Positions 24,121-37,136 of a stretch of 64,000 nt of DNA are shown piece by piece. The notes under the pieces were generated by a model. That model was not told where the DNA came from. It did not search any database and saw only the letters and a program-made list of their open reading frames with translations. The stretch is from the NCBI RefSeq assembly GCF_001194135.2, contig NC_068996.1, forward strand, positions 26,415,722-26,479,721. The letters are read 5' to 3'. A program made the translations under genes and the position numbers. Every line of letters starts with the position of its first letter. Position 1 is the first letter of the stretch. Source of the stretch: Octopus bimaculoides. Lineage: Eukaryota.

Positions 24121-25027
24121 GAATTGGCAAAATCAGTTGAGCATCAAGCAAAATACCTTGTGGTATTTACTTCTGGTTCTTTACAGTATGAATTCAAAAC
24201 CCTGCCTTTCAGTGCTCTGGTATCAAAAGAATAATGTAGCAGACAAGTAGTGGAATCAGTTTAATCGACTGACTATGGCCAAGAATCCCGAATCTTTTTC
24301 ATGTTGTTGGTGATTTAGAGGAGGGTTAAGGTGTAAATTCCAAGCAGACCCACAGTATTTCTGTGAAGCGGAGTTACTTAGCCCAGGTTATTTTTGATTT
24401 TTGAAGGACATAATAACAATGGTGGGGGGGGGGCCAACTATGTCGCAGAAAATCTATACTTGATGGTTAGATGAATGGGGTAGTACGTACATCTGTATAT
24501 GTGCTCAATGTAAGGAAGAAAGGAATGTAAGGAAGAAGAAGAAGAAGAAGAAGACAAGAAGGAAGATGAACAAGAGGGGGAGAAAGAGAAGGTGATGATA
24601 ATGATGTTAATGGTGAAGATGGTAATTATCACCATCATTGGCAGCATAATTACTAACATAATCCTCATAAACATAAACTTATGCAGAAAGACATGTGCAC
24701 ACACACGCACTCACACACACACACACACACGCACAAACAAACACAAACATACTCACAAACATACATATACAGTCGTCTCACACACACATACACACCAACT
24801 TATCTTCACAAAACACTCACATATAATTAAAAATTTCCATAAACGTATGTAATATGCAATCATTCATAACTGTTGTTTATACTTGAACATACAATTATAT
24901 ATGTATGCACAAGCACATCATAATATACACACATTACAAAGAATACAGCACTATATACACACACGAATATATCCTTTTTTTTATTTTATTAACCAAACAT
25001 ATATATACATATATATATACACAGATG

Positions 25028-25081
<54 letters not shown>

Positions 25082-25086
25082 CACAC

Positions 25087-25151
<65 letters not shown>

Positions 25152-25169
25152 TACACTACACACACACAT

Positions 25170-25497
25170 TGTCCCTGGACTATCATCGTCATGAGACTAT
25201 CATCTCTTCGGCCCCATGAAAGAGGGTTTGAGAGGCAAACATTATTCCAGTGACGAGGAAGTGAAAACTGTAGTGAAGAAGTGGCTCAAAGAACAGTCAA
25301 CAGAATTTTACGGGGCAGGGATACATGCTCTCATTTGAAGGTGGAACATTGCTATTGACAGAAACGGTGACTATGTTGGGAAGTAGGAATGTGATCCACA
25401 GAGGACCAACTTCATTTTGATGTATAATACATATTCCTGCGTTGGTAATTATACCTGTCCTAAACAAAATGGCATTACTTTTTGACTCACCCTCGTA
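25170..25497 (+). mobile_element. mariner 3' fragment with probable terminal inverted repeat
   Basis: DYHLFGPMKEGLRGKHYSSDEEVKTVVKKWLKEQSTEFYGAGIHALI*RWNIAIDRNGDYV; ends cattactttttgactcaccctcgTA. Confidence 0.8.
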
Positions 25498-25759
25498 GAT
25501 TATAGATGTATATATGTGATTACATTCACCTCATCATTGTTGGCCATTTCTCGCGTTAGAAAATTTAATTTTCTTCCTCTTAAAGTAAATAACAGCAGGA
25601 GAAAATGCCAGAGAAACAAGAATTTGTTTATGGGGGATCTCGATTTCCTTTCAAAGAGTGACCCATATACTCTAGTTTTAGAAGCATCTTATGTGACAAA
25701 TGTAGAGTGAAATAGGCAGCATCAGGAGATGAAATTGCAACAGATTATCACTGAGTCAT

Positions 25760-26000
25760 TGGTAGTATGAAGGCAGTGTATCTGACATTTGCCCTCCTCT
25801 GCCAGTTTGGACATTATTCAACTCAACCATTGTTGTCTACAACTGCTTGCTCTGCTGCTGGAATCTTGCAGGATGGGCAAGGGGTTGTCATATTCAGTCT
25901 GGATTTGTTCTTCAGCCTTACTGCCATGGATAGCTCTAACAGGAGTTCACTGTCAGAGTCACTGTGCCATGAAAACTCTCTACTCCATCTATATATAACA
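25760..26000 (-). mobile_element. LINE APE endonuclease C-terminal relic
   Basis: VESFHG / SDSDSELLL..MAVRLK resembles the RSxxGAD-SDH-LV-RLK motif of RTE-like endonucleases. Confidence 0.4.
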
Positions 26001-26214
26001 GATGTATCATATACATGCATACATGTATATACATGCTGGAGCATTACCTTAAAGGGTTTTAGTTGAAGAAATTAACCCTAGAACTTATTCTTTGTAATCC
26101 CAGTACTTATTCTATCAGTCTCTTTTGTCAAACTGCTAAGTTACAGGAGCGTAAACACACCAACAACAGTTGTCAAGCAATGATGGAGTGACAAACACAG
26201 ACACATGAATATAT

Positions 26215-26261
<47 letters not shown>

Positions 26262-26919
26262 NNNNNNNNNNNNNNNNNNNNNNNNNNNNNNNNNNNNNNN
26301 NNNNNNNNNNNNNNNNNNNNNNNNNNNNNNNNNNNNNNNNNNNNNNNNNNNNNNNNNNNNNNNNNNNNNNNNNNNNNNNNNNNNNNNNNNNNNNNNNNNN
26401 NNNNNNNNNNNNNNNNNNNNNNNNNNNNNNNNNNNNNNNNNNNNNNNNNNNNNNNNNNNNNNNNNNNNNNNNNNNNNNNNNNNNNNNNNNNNNNNNNNNN
26501 NNNNNNNNNNNNNNNNNNNNNNNNNNNNNNNNNNNNNNNNNNNNNNNNNNNNNNNNNNNNNNNNNNNNNNNNNNNNNNNNNNNNNNNNNNNNNNNNNNNN
26601 NNNNNNNNNNNNNNNNNNNNNNNNNNNNNNNNNNNNNNNNNNNNNNNNNNNNNNNNNNNNNNNNNNNNNNNNNNNNNNNNNNNNNNNNNNNNNNNNNNNN
26701 NNNNNNNNNNNNNNNNNNNNNNNNNNNNNNNNNNNNNNNNNNNNNNNNNNNNNNNNNNNNNNNNNNNNNNNNNNNNNNNNNNNNNNNNNNNNNNNNNNNN
26801 NNNNNNNNNNNNNNNNNNNNNNNNNNNNNNNNNNNNNNNNNNNNNNNNNNNNNNNNNNNNNNNNNNNNNNNNTGGCTAGCGATATATACACATACATAAA
26901 TATATATATATATATATAT

Positions 26920-27110
26920 ATGGGAGAATATACGAAAAAACAACAACAGACGAGGACAGGTGGTGTAAATAACAAAAGGATTATTAGTATGACGCTCGGG
27001 AATACGGAAAGTCTTTGACGTTTCGAGCTACGCTCTTCAACAGAAAGAATACGGAGACAAGGAGAAAAACACGGAGAAAAAAAATTGAATAGTGTCCAGT
27101 CAACGGTCAA
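26920..27110 (-). mobile_element. Short repeat of probable PLE origin carrying a variant hammerhead (CUGUUGA family)
   Basis: Homologous to 41190-41360, 45705-45885, 2512-2610 and 34365-34445. Confidence 0.8.
27012..27048 (-). ncRNA. Minimal type I hammerhead-like ribozyme with A6U core
   Basis: UCUUU-CUGUUGA-A-GAGC(GUA)GCUC-GAA-ACGU-C-AAAGA: 5-bp stem I, 4-bp stem II, palindromic loop-less stem III, GUC site. Confidence 0.65.
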
Positions 27111-27439
27111 TCATATATATATATATATATATACAACAAGCTCCTTTCAGTTTCCATCTTCCAAATCCACTCACAAGGCTTTGGTCAGCCTGAGGCTACA
27201 GTAGAAGACACTTGCTGAAGGTGCCACACAGTGGAACTAAACCAGGAGCCATGTGGTTGGAAAGCAGGCTTCTTACCACACTTCATATACACATGTCTGA
27301 TAATGTAACGTTAACACTACTGAAAATAATTACTCATGGAGATACATATTTTGCTTATAGCCATCCATCAGTTCCAGTGACGATCAGCTTCTCTTTCTTT
27401 TGTAGATACTTTGATCACTGCACTCTCCAATCCTTATGA

Positions 27440-28290
27440 AGTATGGATGTCTCACCTTCTCAAGGTTGGCATCAACTGGTTTTTGAAATGTTTCTGTGGT
27501 CTTTCAACCAGGCATTGACCATGGGGTACCACACTATAGAAGATTCTATAAGGGTGACATATGTAAGATATGAGCTCTACTTGTCCAAATCATCTTGCTT
27601 GATGCATGTTAAGTGTGGATTTACTGGTGATTTATCAAGTTGGTGGATGATAGGCATGTCACAAAATTTCTTTGTAACAGTTGGATCTGTTGGTTTATGT
27701 GCCACATGATGACTTGACTGTACCATGGAACAATTCATGTGGATCATGGAGAATCCTTGTCACAAAAACTGTGCATGTTACACGTGTATGCAAGCACCTG
27801 GATTGAACTCTACAATTCCCCCATCAAGGGTATAAAGAATGGGTTGAGTCTAATTCCAAAGACCTTGTCACTGCTTTTATATAGCGTGTGATGAGAGATC
27901 GTTTAAAGTTCTTCTGTGAGCCTTGTCATTTATGAGTCTGCCTGTTGCACTTGGGATTCTCACTGAATCAGTCTGGTTTTTCTCTTTTAATCTGATAGTT
28001 TATTTCAGCACCATGATCAGAAAATTTGCAGCTTAAGGAAGACAGTTTGACATCTGTTCCAGCCTCTGAGTTTGACGGTACCTTAGAAACTTTTAATTTC
28101 ACTGGTATAAAATTGAGCTTGCAGCAGTTGAGCCTCTTGATATTTGGTAATCTTGAACTTTACAAAGGATACAAACCAGTGATTTGGCCTGACTACTTTG
28201 CAACAAAATAGAACCTGTTGGAGGCACCAAAGGGCAACATAGTAGCAGTGATAAAGTAGGTGATGACCTAAATCTATCAACAATTGGCAC
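27440..28290 (-). mobile_element. Highly degraded Ty3/Gypsy pol relic
   Basis: Across frameshifts: EIKSF(L)GTV-like (RT/RNase H junction) and YPMVN-LVERPQKHFKNQL (like integrase YHPQxNGLVERFxRxLK). Confidence 0.45.
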
Positions 28291-28299
28291 ACATTTTAA

Positions 28300-28480
28300 G
28301 GCTGCGAACTGGCAGAGTTGTTAGCTTGCTAGGTAAAATGCTTAGTGGTATTTTGCCTGCCTTTACAATCTGAGTTCAAATTCTGCTGAGGTTGGCTTTG
28401 TCTTTCATCCTTCCAAGGGCAATAAGATAAGTACCAGTCGAGCACTGGAGTCGATGTAATTGACTTGACCCAAAATTTGA
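28300..28480 (+). mobile_element. SINE family B
   Basis: aaggctgcgaactggcagag...ctgagttcaaattctgctgagg...gataagtaccag...gtcgatgtaattgact. Confidence 0.8.
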
Positions 28481-29152
28481 CATTTGTAATTAGCACACTT
28501 GGTTACATTAGTGTTTCAGTATTAGACAAAACTGATGTTTTCAGCCAAGAAAAACACCATCTCACAAGTATTTTGCACACTTTTGTCCCCTAAATTAAAA
28601 TGGTGAAACTTTGATTCTTAATTAGAAGCAGAAGCAAGCCACTCCTTTAAATGATTATCTTAGAGTTACATACAAACATGCTCCATATACACATGCTCAC
28701 ACACAAATATCACACACACACACAAACACATATATGTGCATAGAAGCAGACACATGTGAAAGTATGTAGAACATATTTAAATCACTGTTGTTACCCAAAC
28801 AAGTAAATATAAAAATTAAAAAAGAAACAAAAAACAACTATACTATAGTTAAAGTCCATTAAAATGTATTCTGTGTATGTATGACTAGGCATGATTTTCT
28901 GATTAGCTGTTATATCACTTTTTAAAAGTGGGTCGCATTCCTACTTTACCATTCATCACGTGGTTTTTGCTGATACATTGATAAACATGAAAGGCAATTT
29001 ACAATTAGAAGACAAAAGTTTCTCTTTTTTCCTTTCACTTTTTTATTTTTAAGCGACCTTCAATAGGGCACAAGTACACTGGCATACAGGGAGAAAAGAA
29101 AAGTGGGTGATTGAGGGACTTACACACCAAGAAAGTTTATATCAGTCTGTCT

Positions 29153-30435
29153 ATACAGGGTGTTCAGGTTAAATGTGATGGTTTGTATAAAAGGAAAGAA
29201 AACTCAATAACCCATCCAAAAATTGAAGTATTTAAAAAAATACAAACATAGGTGTAGGAGTGGCTGTGTGGTAAGAAGCTTGCTTACGAACCACATGGCT
29301 CTGTCTTCAGTCTCACTGTGTGGCACCTTTGGCAAGTGTCTTCTACTATAGCCTCGGGCCGACCAAAGCCTTGTGAGTCGATTTGGTAGACAGAGACTGA
29401 AAGAAGCTTGTCATTATATATATATAAATAATATGTGTGTGTGTATATGTTTGTGTGTCTGTGTTTGTCCCCCCAAACATTGCTTGACAACCGATGCTGG
29501 TGTGTTTACATTCCCGTTACTTAGCGGTTCGGCAAAAGAGACCAATAAAATAAGTACTAGGCTTACGAAAAATAAGTCCTGGAATCAATTTGCTCGACTA
29601 AAGGCGGTGCTCCAGCATGGCTACAGTCAAATGATTGAAACAAGTAAAAGAGTAAAAGAGTAAAGAGATGTTAGATTATGGCTGGGAGATAACAGTAGCC
29701 ACTCTCAGCTGGCACCACAGCCTCAAAATGGCCCTAGAACCTGGTGCATGAGTTCTTTACTGTGTCCCTGGGAAGATCTTCATACACTTCCTTGGTCTTG
29801 ACCACCAGCTTGGTCTTGGTGTTGCAGGCAGAGCAGTTGGCACCTTTCTCAACTGTGCCCTTCACATAGTGATTTATGGGATTACAATCAGGGGAATTAG
29901 AAGGCCAGAAATTGGAGCTGGTGAAGTAGAAATTCCCCAATTACCATTTCTGACTCTTGGTGGAGATATGGCAAGAGGAGGACACACATATGGCCTTCCA
30001 GCAGCAACCCTTTCCAGTCAGAGATTGACGACACCCAGCAGCTTCATATAGCCATCTGAATTGAGCCTAAGGCTCAGTTCAAAGATACTAGGATGAATTC
30101 TAGTGTGTGGATGCAGTCAGAATATTTGCTGTGCCTCTTCCTGATTTGTAGTCTCTGTTGCAGCTTCCATGTCAAGTCTTACAGCATTCAAGCATTCACA
30201 GTGTTCACAGAGTATCAAGCAGCAGTCATGATGTATCAGCATTTTGATACCTGGTTCAAATTATCGTGATATTGATAACTCTTTTTCAATATTCAAATGA
30301 CTTCCAATCTTTCATGTCAGTTAATTTTTTGTCAATTACAACTTTAATTTTTATGCTCTCAAATTCAATATATCAAGCTGTTCCTGAAAAAGACATAAAA
30401 TATCATGAAGTAATTTAGCCCAAACATTTTGTGTA
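29153..30435 (-). mobile_element. Tc1/mariner (maT/DD37D-like) element relic, interrupted by a SINE
   Basis: ORF 29734-29940 FWPSNSPDCNPINHYVKG... (WPxxSPDxNP motif); degenerate ends tacagggtgttcagg / tttagcccaaacattttgtgta. Confidence 0.7.
29250..29667 (+). mobile_element. SINE family A, full length, inserted in the Tc1/mariner relic
   Basis: All modules present; tail gtaaaagagtaaaagagtaaagag. Confidence 0.92.
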
Positions 30436-30441
30436 TATATA

Positions 30442-30487
<46 letters not shown>

Positions 30488-30499
30488 ATGCGTGTGTGT

Positions 30500-30617
30500 A
30501 AAGGTGCCTGGATCAGTGGTTAGAGCATTAGACTCACAATCATGAGGTAGTGAGTTCAGTTCTCAAACTGGCTGTGTGTTGTGTTCTTGAGCAAGACATT
30601 TTATTTCACATTACTCT
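30500..30617 (+). mobile_element. SINE family D head
   Basis: ggatcagtggttagagcattagactcacaatc...gagttcagttc...cttgagcaagacattttatttcacatt; same family as 58870-59135. Confidence 0.75.
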
Positions 30618-31515
30618 NNNNNNNNNNNNNNNNNNNNNNNNNNNNNNNNNNNNNNNNNNNNNNNNNNNNNNNNNNNNNNNNNNNNNNNNNNNNNNNNNNN
30701 NNNNNNNNNNNNNNNNNNNNNNNNNNNNNNNNNNNNNNNNNNNNNNNNNNNNNNNNNNNNNNNNNNNNNNNNNNNNNNNNNNNNNNNNNNNNNNNNNNNN
30801 NNNNNNNNNNNNNNNNNNNNNNNNNNNNNNNNNNNNNNNNNNNNNNNNNNNNNNNNNNNNNNNNNNNNNNNNNNNNNNNNNNNNNNNNNNNNNNNNNNNN
30901 NNNNNNNNNNNNNNNNNNNNNNNNNNNNNNNNNNNNNNNNNNNNNNNNNNNNNNNNNNNNNNNNNNNNNNNNNNNNNNNNNNNNNNNNNNNNNNNNNNNN
31001 NNNNNNNNNNNNNNNNNNNNNNNNNNNNNNNNNNNNNNNNNNNNNNNNNNNNNNNNNNNNNNNNNNNNNNNNNNNNNNNNNNNNNNNNNNNNNNNNNNNN
31101 NNNNNNNNNNNNNNNNNNNNNNNNNNNNNNNNNNNNNNNNNNNNNNNNNNNNNNNNNNNNNNNNNNNNNNNNNNNNNNNNNNNNNNNNNNNNNNNNNNNN
31201 NNNNNNNNNNNNNNNNNNNNNNNNNNNNNNNNNNNNNNNNNNNNNNNNNNNNNNNNNNNNNNNNNNNNNNNNNNNNNNNNNNNNNNNNNNNNNNNNNNNN
31301 NNNNNNNNNNNNNNNNNNNNNNNNNNNNNNNNNNNNNNNNNNNNNNNNNNNNNNNNNNNNNNNNNNATGTATGTATGTATGTATGTATGTATGCATATGT
31401 GTATGTATGTATGTATATGTGTATGTATGTATGTATGTATGTATGTGTATGTATGTATATGTGTATATTTGTATGTATGTATGTATGCATGTACATGTGT
31501 GTATGTGTGTGTATG

Positions 31516-31548
<33 letters not shown>

Positions 31549-31844
31549 ATATATGCTACTTTGTTAGTGTATTATGCATGTGTGTGTGTGAATGTATGCA
31601 TGTATATGTGTGTGTGTGAAAGTATGTATATATATATGCATATCTGTATGTATCTATATATGAGTATGTTTGTGTGTGTGTTGCATGCATGAGCACTTCA
31701 TAAGTGTATACCTGTATGTGTGTGTGAATGTATCTATGTGAATATGAATGTGTGTATGCATGTGTAAGTTTGTGTACAAATGTGTATCTAGATGTAAGCA
31801 TGTGTGTATGCATGCTTGTATGTGTTTATTATTTGGGGAAAAGT

Positions 31845-32065
31845 TAAGGTAGCAAGCTGGCAGATTCATTAGCATGCCAGGCAAAATGCTTAGCGGCATT
31901 TCATCTGTCTTTACATTCTGGGTTCAAATTTGATTGAGGTCAACTTTGCCTTTCATCCTTTTGGACTCAATAAAATAAGCACTAATTAAACACTGGAGTC
32001 AACATAATTGACTTATCCCTCCCCATGAAATTGTTGGCCTTGTTCCAAAATTTTAAGCCATTATT
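31845..32065 (+). mobile_element. SINE family B
   Basis: aaggtagcaagctggcagattcattagcatgccagg...ccttgttcc. Confidence 0.85.
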
Positions 32066-32429
32066 TGAGGTAAAGTTGGTTGCTGTTTTTCTCATGCTGT
32101 GCTGTTACATGTAATGGCTCTCTGTACTGCATAAACTATCAGCAAATCCATGAAGTATATACAAGTTAATACTTGTCCACGAGAGAGGGAGGCTAGACCC
32201 AACTATGCCTAGAAGGAAAGGAAAACCATTGAATTATCTTGTAAACATTTATATATACAGGTGCAGGCAGGTAAGGCTGTGTTGTTTGGTTTTATTTTAG
32301 GATAAATATTTTCATTTTGAAAACTTAGCACCCATTTCATATATTGTATAAGCATGAAGAAAATTGACAAAAGTTAAATTATATTTATTGTATATATACC
32401 AAGCATGGCTGATACACATACAATAAGTA

Positions 32430-32580
32430 TATTTTATGGTAAGAAGCTTATTGTCTAGTCACATGGTTCAAAGCTCAGTTCCACTGTGTGGATCCTTGAG
32501 CAAGTGTTTTCTACTATAGCTTGGGCTGACCAAAGTCCTGTGAGTGGATTTGGTAATCAGAAACTGGAAGAAGCTTGTAT
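32430..32580 (+). mobile_element. SINE family A, 5' half
   Basis: Head motif followed by (TG)n and a gap. Confidence 0.8.
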
Positions 32581-32588
32581 ATATATGT

Positions 32589-32635
<47 letters not shown>

Positions 32636-33629
32636 NNNNNNNNNNNNNNNNNNNNNNNNNNNNNNNNNNNNNNNNNNNNNNNNNNNNNNNNNNNNNNNNN
32701 NNNNNNNNNNNNNNNNNNNNNNNNNNNNNNNNNNNNNNNNNNNNNNNNNNNNNNNNNNNNNNNNNNNNNNNNNNNNNNNNNNNNNNNNNNNNNNNNNNNN
32801 NNNNNNNNNNNNNNNNNNNNNNNNNNNNNNNNNNNNNNNNNNNNNNNNNNNNNNNNNNNNNNNNNNNNNNNNNNNNNNNNNNNNNNNNNNNNNNNNNNNN
32901 NNNNNNNNNNNNNNNNNNNNNNNNNNNNNNNNNNNNNNNNNNNNNNNNNNNNNNNNNNNNNNNNNNNNNNNNNNNNNNNNNNNNNNNNNNNNNNNNNNNN
33001 NNNNNNNNNNNNNNNNNNNNNNNNNNNNNNNNNNNNNNNNNNNNNNNNNNNNNNNNNNNNNNNNNNNNNNNNNNNNNNNNNNNNNNNNNNNNNNNNNNNN
33101 NNNNNNNNNNNNNNNNNNNNNNNNNNNNNNNNNNNNNNNNNNNNNNNNNNNNNNNNNNNNNNNNNNNNNNNNNNNNNNNNNNNNNNNNNNNNNNNNNNNN
33201 NNNNNNNNNNNNNNNNNNNNNNNNNNNNNNNNNNNNNNNNNNNNNNNNNNNNNNNNNNNNNNNNNNNNNNNNNNNNNNNNNNNNNNNNNNNNNNNNNNNN
33301 NNNNNNNNNNNNNNNNNNNNNNNNNNNNNNNNNNNNNNNNNNNNNNNNNNNNNNNNNNNNNNNNNNNNNNNNNNNNNNNNNNNNNNNNNNNNNNNNNNNN
33401 NNNNNNNNNNNNNNNNNNNNNNNNNNNNNNNNNNNNNNNNNNNNNNNNNNNNNNNNNNNNNNNNNNNNNNNNNNNNNNNNNNNNNNNNNNNNNNNNNNNN
33501 NNNNNNNNNNNNNNNNNNNNNNNNNNNNNNNNNNNNNNNNNNNNNNNNNNNNNNNNNNNNNNNNNNNNNNNNNNNNNNNNNNNNNNNNNNNNNNNNNNNN
33601 NNNNNNNNNNNNNNNNNNNNNNNNNNNNA

Positions 33630-33765
33630 CCACATGTCCATACCAGCGCAATCGTCTCTCTTGCACGCCACAACTGCTGCTTCTAATATTCAGCTTTTCT
33701 CTCAAGATACTTACACTCTGACGGGTATTCACATTGACATTACACATCCAACGGAGCATACTGGC

Positions 33766-33768
<3 letters not shown>
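33630..33768 (-). mobile_element. RTE LINE ORF2 C-terminal fragment
   Basis: EASMLRWMCNV...REKLNIRSSSCGVQERRLRWYGHV. Confidence 0.85.
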
Positions 33769-33807
<39 letters not shown>

Positions 33808-33814
33808 CATATAT

Positions 33815-34135
33815 AGTATTAATAAAACAGATGGAAGGAGAAAAGATTTTATTGGGTACGACACATGTTTCGACCCGTTCTGTGTCTCTTCAGGTACATC
33901 AAAAAATAGTTTTATGAGAGATTTTCTGATTCGGTTTTACATACTACTATATGTCCATCAACTTCGAGAATAAGTAGAAAACAGAGAAAAATTGAAACAC
34001 AAAAACTTCATATATGAACGTGAAAATTACGCATTCTAGTTTAGAGAAAATGATGTCATGAACCTTCGCTGTTGTAACTGTTAAAGAGAAAGAAAAGAAT
34101 GTAGAAGTTGAAAGGAAGATAATACTTAGACGAAA
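33815..34135 (-). repeat. HHR-bearing repeat (candidate PLE pseudo-LTR); inverted copy of 39497-39820
   Basis: About 320 bp aligning to the reverse complement of 39497-39820 with scattered mismatches. Confidence 0.85.
33856..33897 (-). ncRNA. Minimal type I hammerhead ribozyme, catalytic core intact
   Basis: GUAC-CUGAAGA-GAC(ACAGAACGG)GUC-GAA-ACA(UG)UGU-C-GUAC: every core nucleotide is present, with a 4-bp stem I and a GUC cleavage triplet. Confidence 0.75.
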
Positions 34136-34184
34136 ATTTTATTTTTTTGTGTGTTCATGCTTAGATGCACATATACATACACAG

Positions 34185-34215
<31 letters not shown>

Positions 34216-35602
34216 CGCACATATACATACGCGCTCACACATGCACATCCAAATATATAGGTATATACATACAACTAGATACACACACACATATGGACGA
34301 ATTCATACATATATATGCATAGGAACTCATATATGCAGATACACAAGCGTATATATGCATAAATTCCCGAGCGTCATACTAATATATACTTTTGTTATTT
34401 ACACCACCTGTCCTCGTCTGTTGTTATTTTTTGTATATTCTCCCACATAAATATACGTACATAGCATAGATAAATATGTGCATATATTCATACGTAAAGC
34501 AAGATACAGATGTCTGTGCTAAGTTTGACACGCACACATGTATTAGTACACTCACATATACATATAAGTAAACATATACATGCATATTTGGTGACCAAAT
34601 TAGTAATANNNNNNNNNNNNNNNNNNNNNNNNNNNNNNNNNNNNNNNNNNNNNNNNNNNNNNNNNNNNNNNNNNNNNNNNNNNNNNNNNNNNNNNNNNNN
34701 NNNNNNNNNNNNNNNNNNNNNNNNNNNNNNNNNNNNNNNNNNNNNNNNNNNNNNNNNNNNNNNNNNNNNNNNNNNNNNNNNNNNNNNNNNNNNNNNNNNN
34801 NNNNNNNNNNNNNNNNNNNNNNNNNNNNNNNNNNNNNNNNNNNNNNNNNNNNNNNNNNNNNNNNNNNNNNNNNNNNNNNNNNNNNNNNNNNNNNNNNNNN
34901 NNNNNNNNNNNNNNNNNNNNNNNNNNNNNNNNNNNNNNNNNNNNNNNNNNNNNNNNNNNNNNNNNNNNNNNNNNNNNNNNNNNNNNNNNNNNNNNNNNNN
35001 NNNNNNNNNNNNNNNNNNNNNNNNNNNNNNNNNNNNNNNNNNNNNNNNNNNNNNNNNNNNNNNNNNNNNNNNNNNNNNNNNNNNNNNNNNNNNNNNNNNN
35101 NNNNNNNNNNNNNNNNNNNNNNNNNNNNNNNNNNNNNNNNNNNNNNNNNNNNNNNNNNNNNNNNNNNNNNNNNNNNNNNNNNNNNNNNNNNNNNNNNNNN
35201 NNNNNNNNNNNNNNNNNNNNNNNNNNNNNNNNNNNNNNNNNNNNNNNNNNNNNNNNNNNNNNNNNNNNNNNNNNNNNNNNNNNNNNNNNNNNNNNNNNNN
35301 NNNNNNNNNNNNNNNNNNNNNNNNNNNNNNNNNNNNNNNNNNNNNNNNNNNNNNNNNNNNNNNNNNNNNNNNNNNNNNNNNNNNNNNNNNNNNNNNNNNN
35401 NNNNNNNNNNNNNNNNNNNNNNNNNNNNNNNNNNNNNNNNNNNNNNNNNNNNNNNNNNNNNNNNNNNNNNNNNNNNNNNNNNNNNNNNNNNNNNNNNNNN
35501 NNNNNNNNNNNNNNNNNNNNNNNNNNNNNNNNNNNNNNNNNNNNNNNNNNNNNNNNNNNNNNNNNNNNNNNNNNNNNNNNNNNNNNNNNNNNNNNNNNNN
35601 NN

Positions 35603-35900
35603 AGCGAGATCGTTGCCAGTGCCCCTGGACTGGCTCTTGTGCGGGTGACACATAAAATACACCATTTTGAGTGTGGCCGTTGCCAGTATCACCTGACTGG
35701 CCTTCGTGCCGGTGGCACGTAAAAGCACCTACAACACTCTCGGAGTGGTTGGCGTTAGGAAGGGCATCTAGCTGTAGAAACTCTGCCAAATCAGATTGGA
35801 GCCTGGTGTAGCCATCTGGTTTCACCAGTCCTCAGTCAAATTGTCCAACCCATGCTAACACGGAAAGCGGATGTTAAACGACGACGATGATGATGATGAT
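35603..35900 (+). mobile_element. RTE 3' UTR copy with (GAC/GAT)n tail
   Basis: Reverse complement of 6420-6715; near-identical family. Confidence 0.85.
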
Positions 35901-36040
35901 GATATACATGCACATACACACATGTACATATATGTATGCACATACACATATAAACCTATGCCCGCATAATCCTATACACAAATTCACACTAATATATACA
36001 TACACCTACAAAAAATGCAAATGCGCACAGATGAATATGT

Positions 36041-36089
<49 letters not shown>

Positions 36090-36294
36090 AATATACACAC
36101 ATGCACACACAAATACAGACACACACACACATATATACATATATACACATACACGTACACATATATGCATATACACACATACACGTACACATATATGCAT
36201 ACACACATATATATATATATGCATACATATACAGATATCTATATATATTGGAATATGCGCATAAAGATCAATAGTATGGGATACATGTCTCATG

Positions 36295-36452
36295 ATTAGA
36301 ATTTTTTAGGGTGTGTAAAGAGGGAAAGAACCCTCATATTCAATTTTGATGAAATTCGAATCATATGTATTCCAGTTCCTTACAGAAAATATAAGAGAAA
36401 AGTCTCATCCTTCAATTGCATGTAACACAGGCAACGCCGGGTATCTCTGCTA
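36295..36452 (+). mobile_element. Helitron-like 3' terminus
   Basis: ...caggcaacgccgggtatctctgctaat, matching the end at 21505-21531. Confidence 0.5.
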
Positions 36453-36574
36453 ATACATACATATATGGATCTAGATTGCAAGATCATATGTCAAATACAA
36501 GTTATTCAAATATGGTTCCTCAAGTTCAAGTCTATTAAGAGTTGTGGGCACCATGTATGCATCAGGTTATGCAT

Positions 36575-37130
36575 GGTCTGAATTGTAATATGTGAATGTG
36601 CATTTAGCTGCGTGTAGCCATCTGGGTAATTTGTTCAGTGAATTTATTTATAACGCGCTCCTTTGTTAACATTACTGAGAGTGACTCCTCGAAGCATAAC
36701 TGGCATTTGCGGGATATATTGTTGTAGGGACTCGCGAGTCTAAGTATGGACCATGTAAGGTCGTATTTTAAGACTCCAGATAAAATTGGCCAGTGATGTT
36801 ACATGTCGTTTAAGGATATTTCGAAAGCTGGTGACGTAGCTGCAGTATCGATTTTTGAAAAAATCAGCTGGTGCCCCAAAATATATGTAGGAGACTCTTC
36901 TAGTATTTATTGTGCACTTGTATATCATGTTCTTAGTCATGCATTGGTTATCCAAAGGGCAATTGGATCTATCTCTGCATGAGCGTAACTATTTGATTTT
37001 GTTGGCTTGTGTACATCGGGTCTTGGAAGGTTTGATTTTGTTCAGTATTTTGGTTGTCAATATTTTCGTTTTATTATCACTAGGTGTTCTCAGTTTATTA
37101 TTTGAATTGTTGCTGGTGTTGTTTTGTTAA
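36575..37130 (-). mobile_element. Penelope-like element (Naiad-type) GIY-YIG endonuclease region, pseudogenised
   Basis: SCRDRSNCPLDNQCMTKNMIYKCTINT...YIYFG...FKNRY...SFRN...TSLANFIWSLK, then (frameshift) ASPYNNISRKCQLCFEE...INSLNKL. Confidence 0.8.
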
Positions 37131-37136
37131 TGGCTA

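Noticed and set aside
23574-24122. Acidic poly-Asp/Gly or poly-His biomineralisation-type protein
   Set aside because: It is a trinucleotide microsatellite that is open in several frames on both strands, with no splice or domain context.
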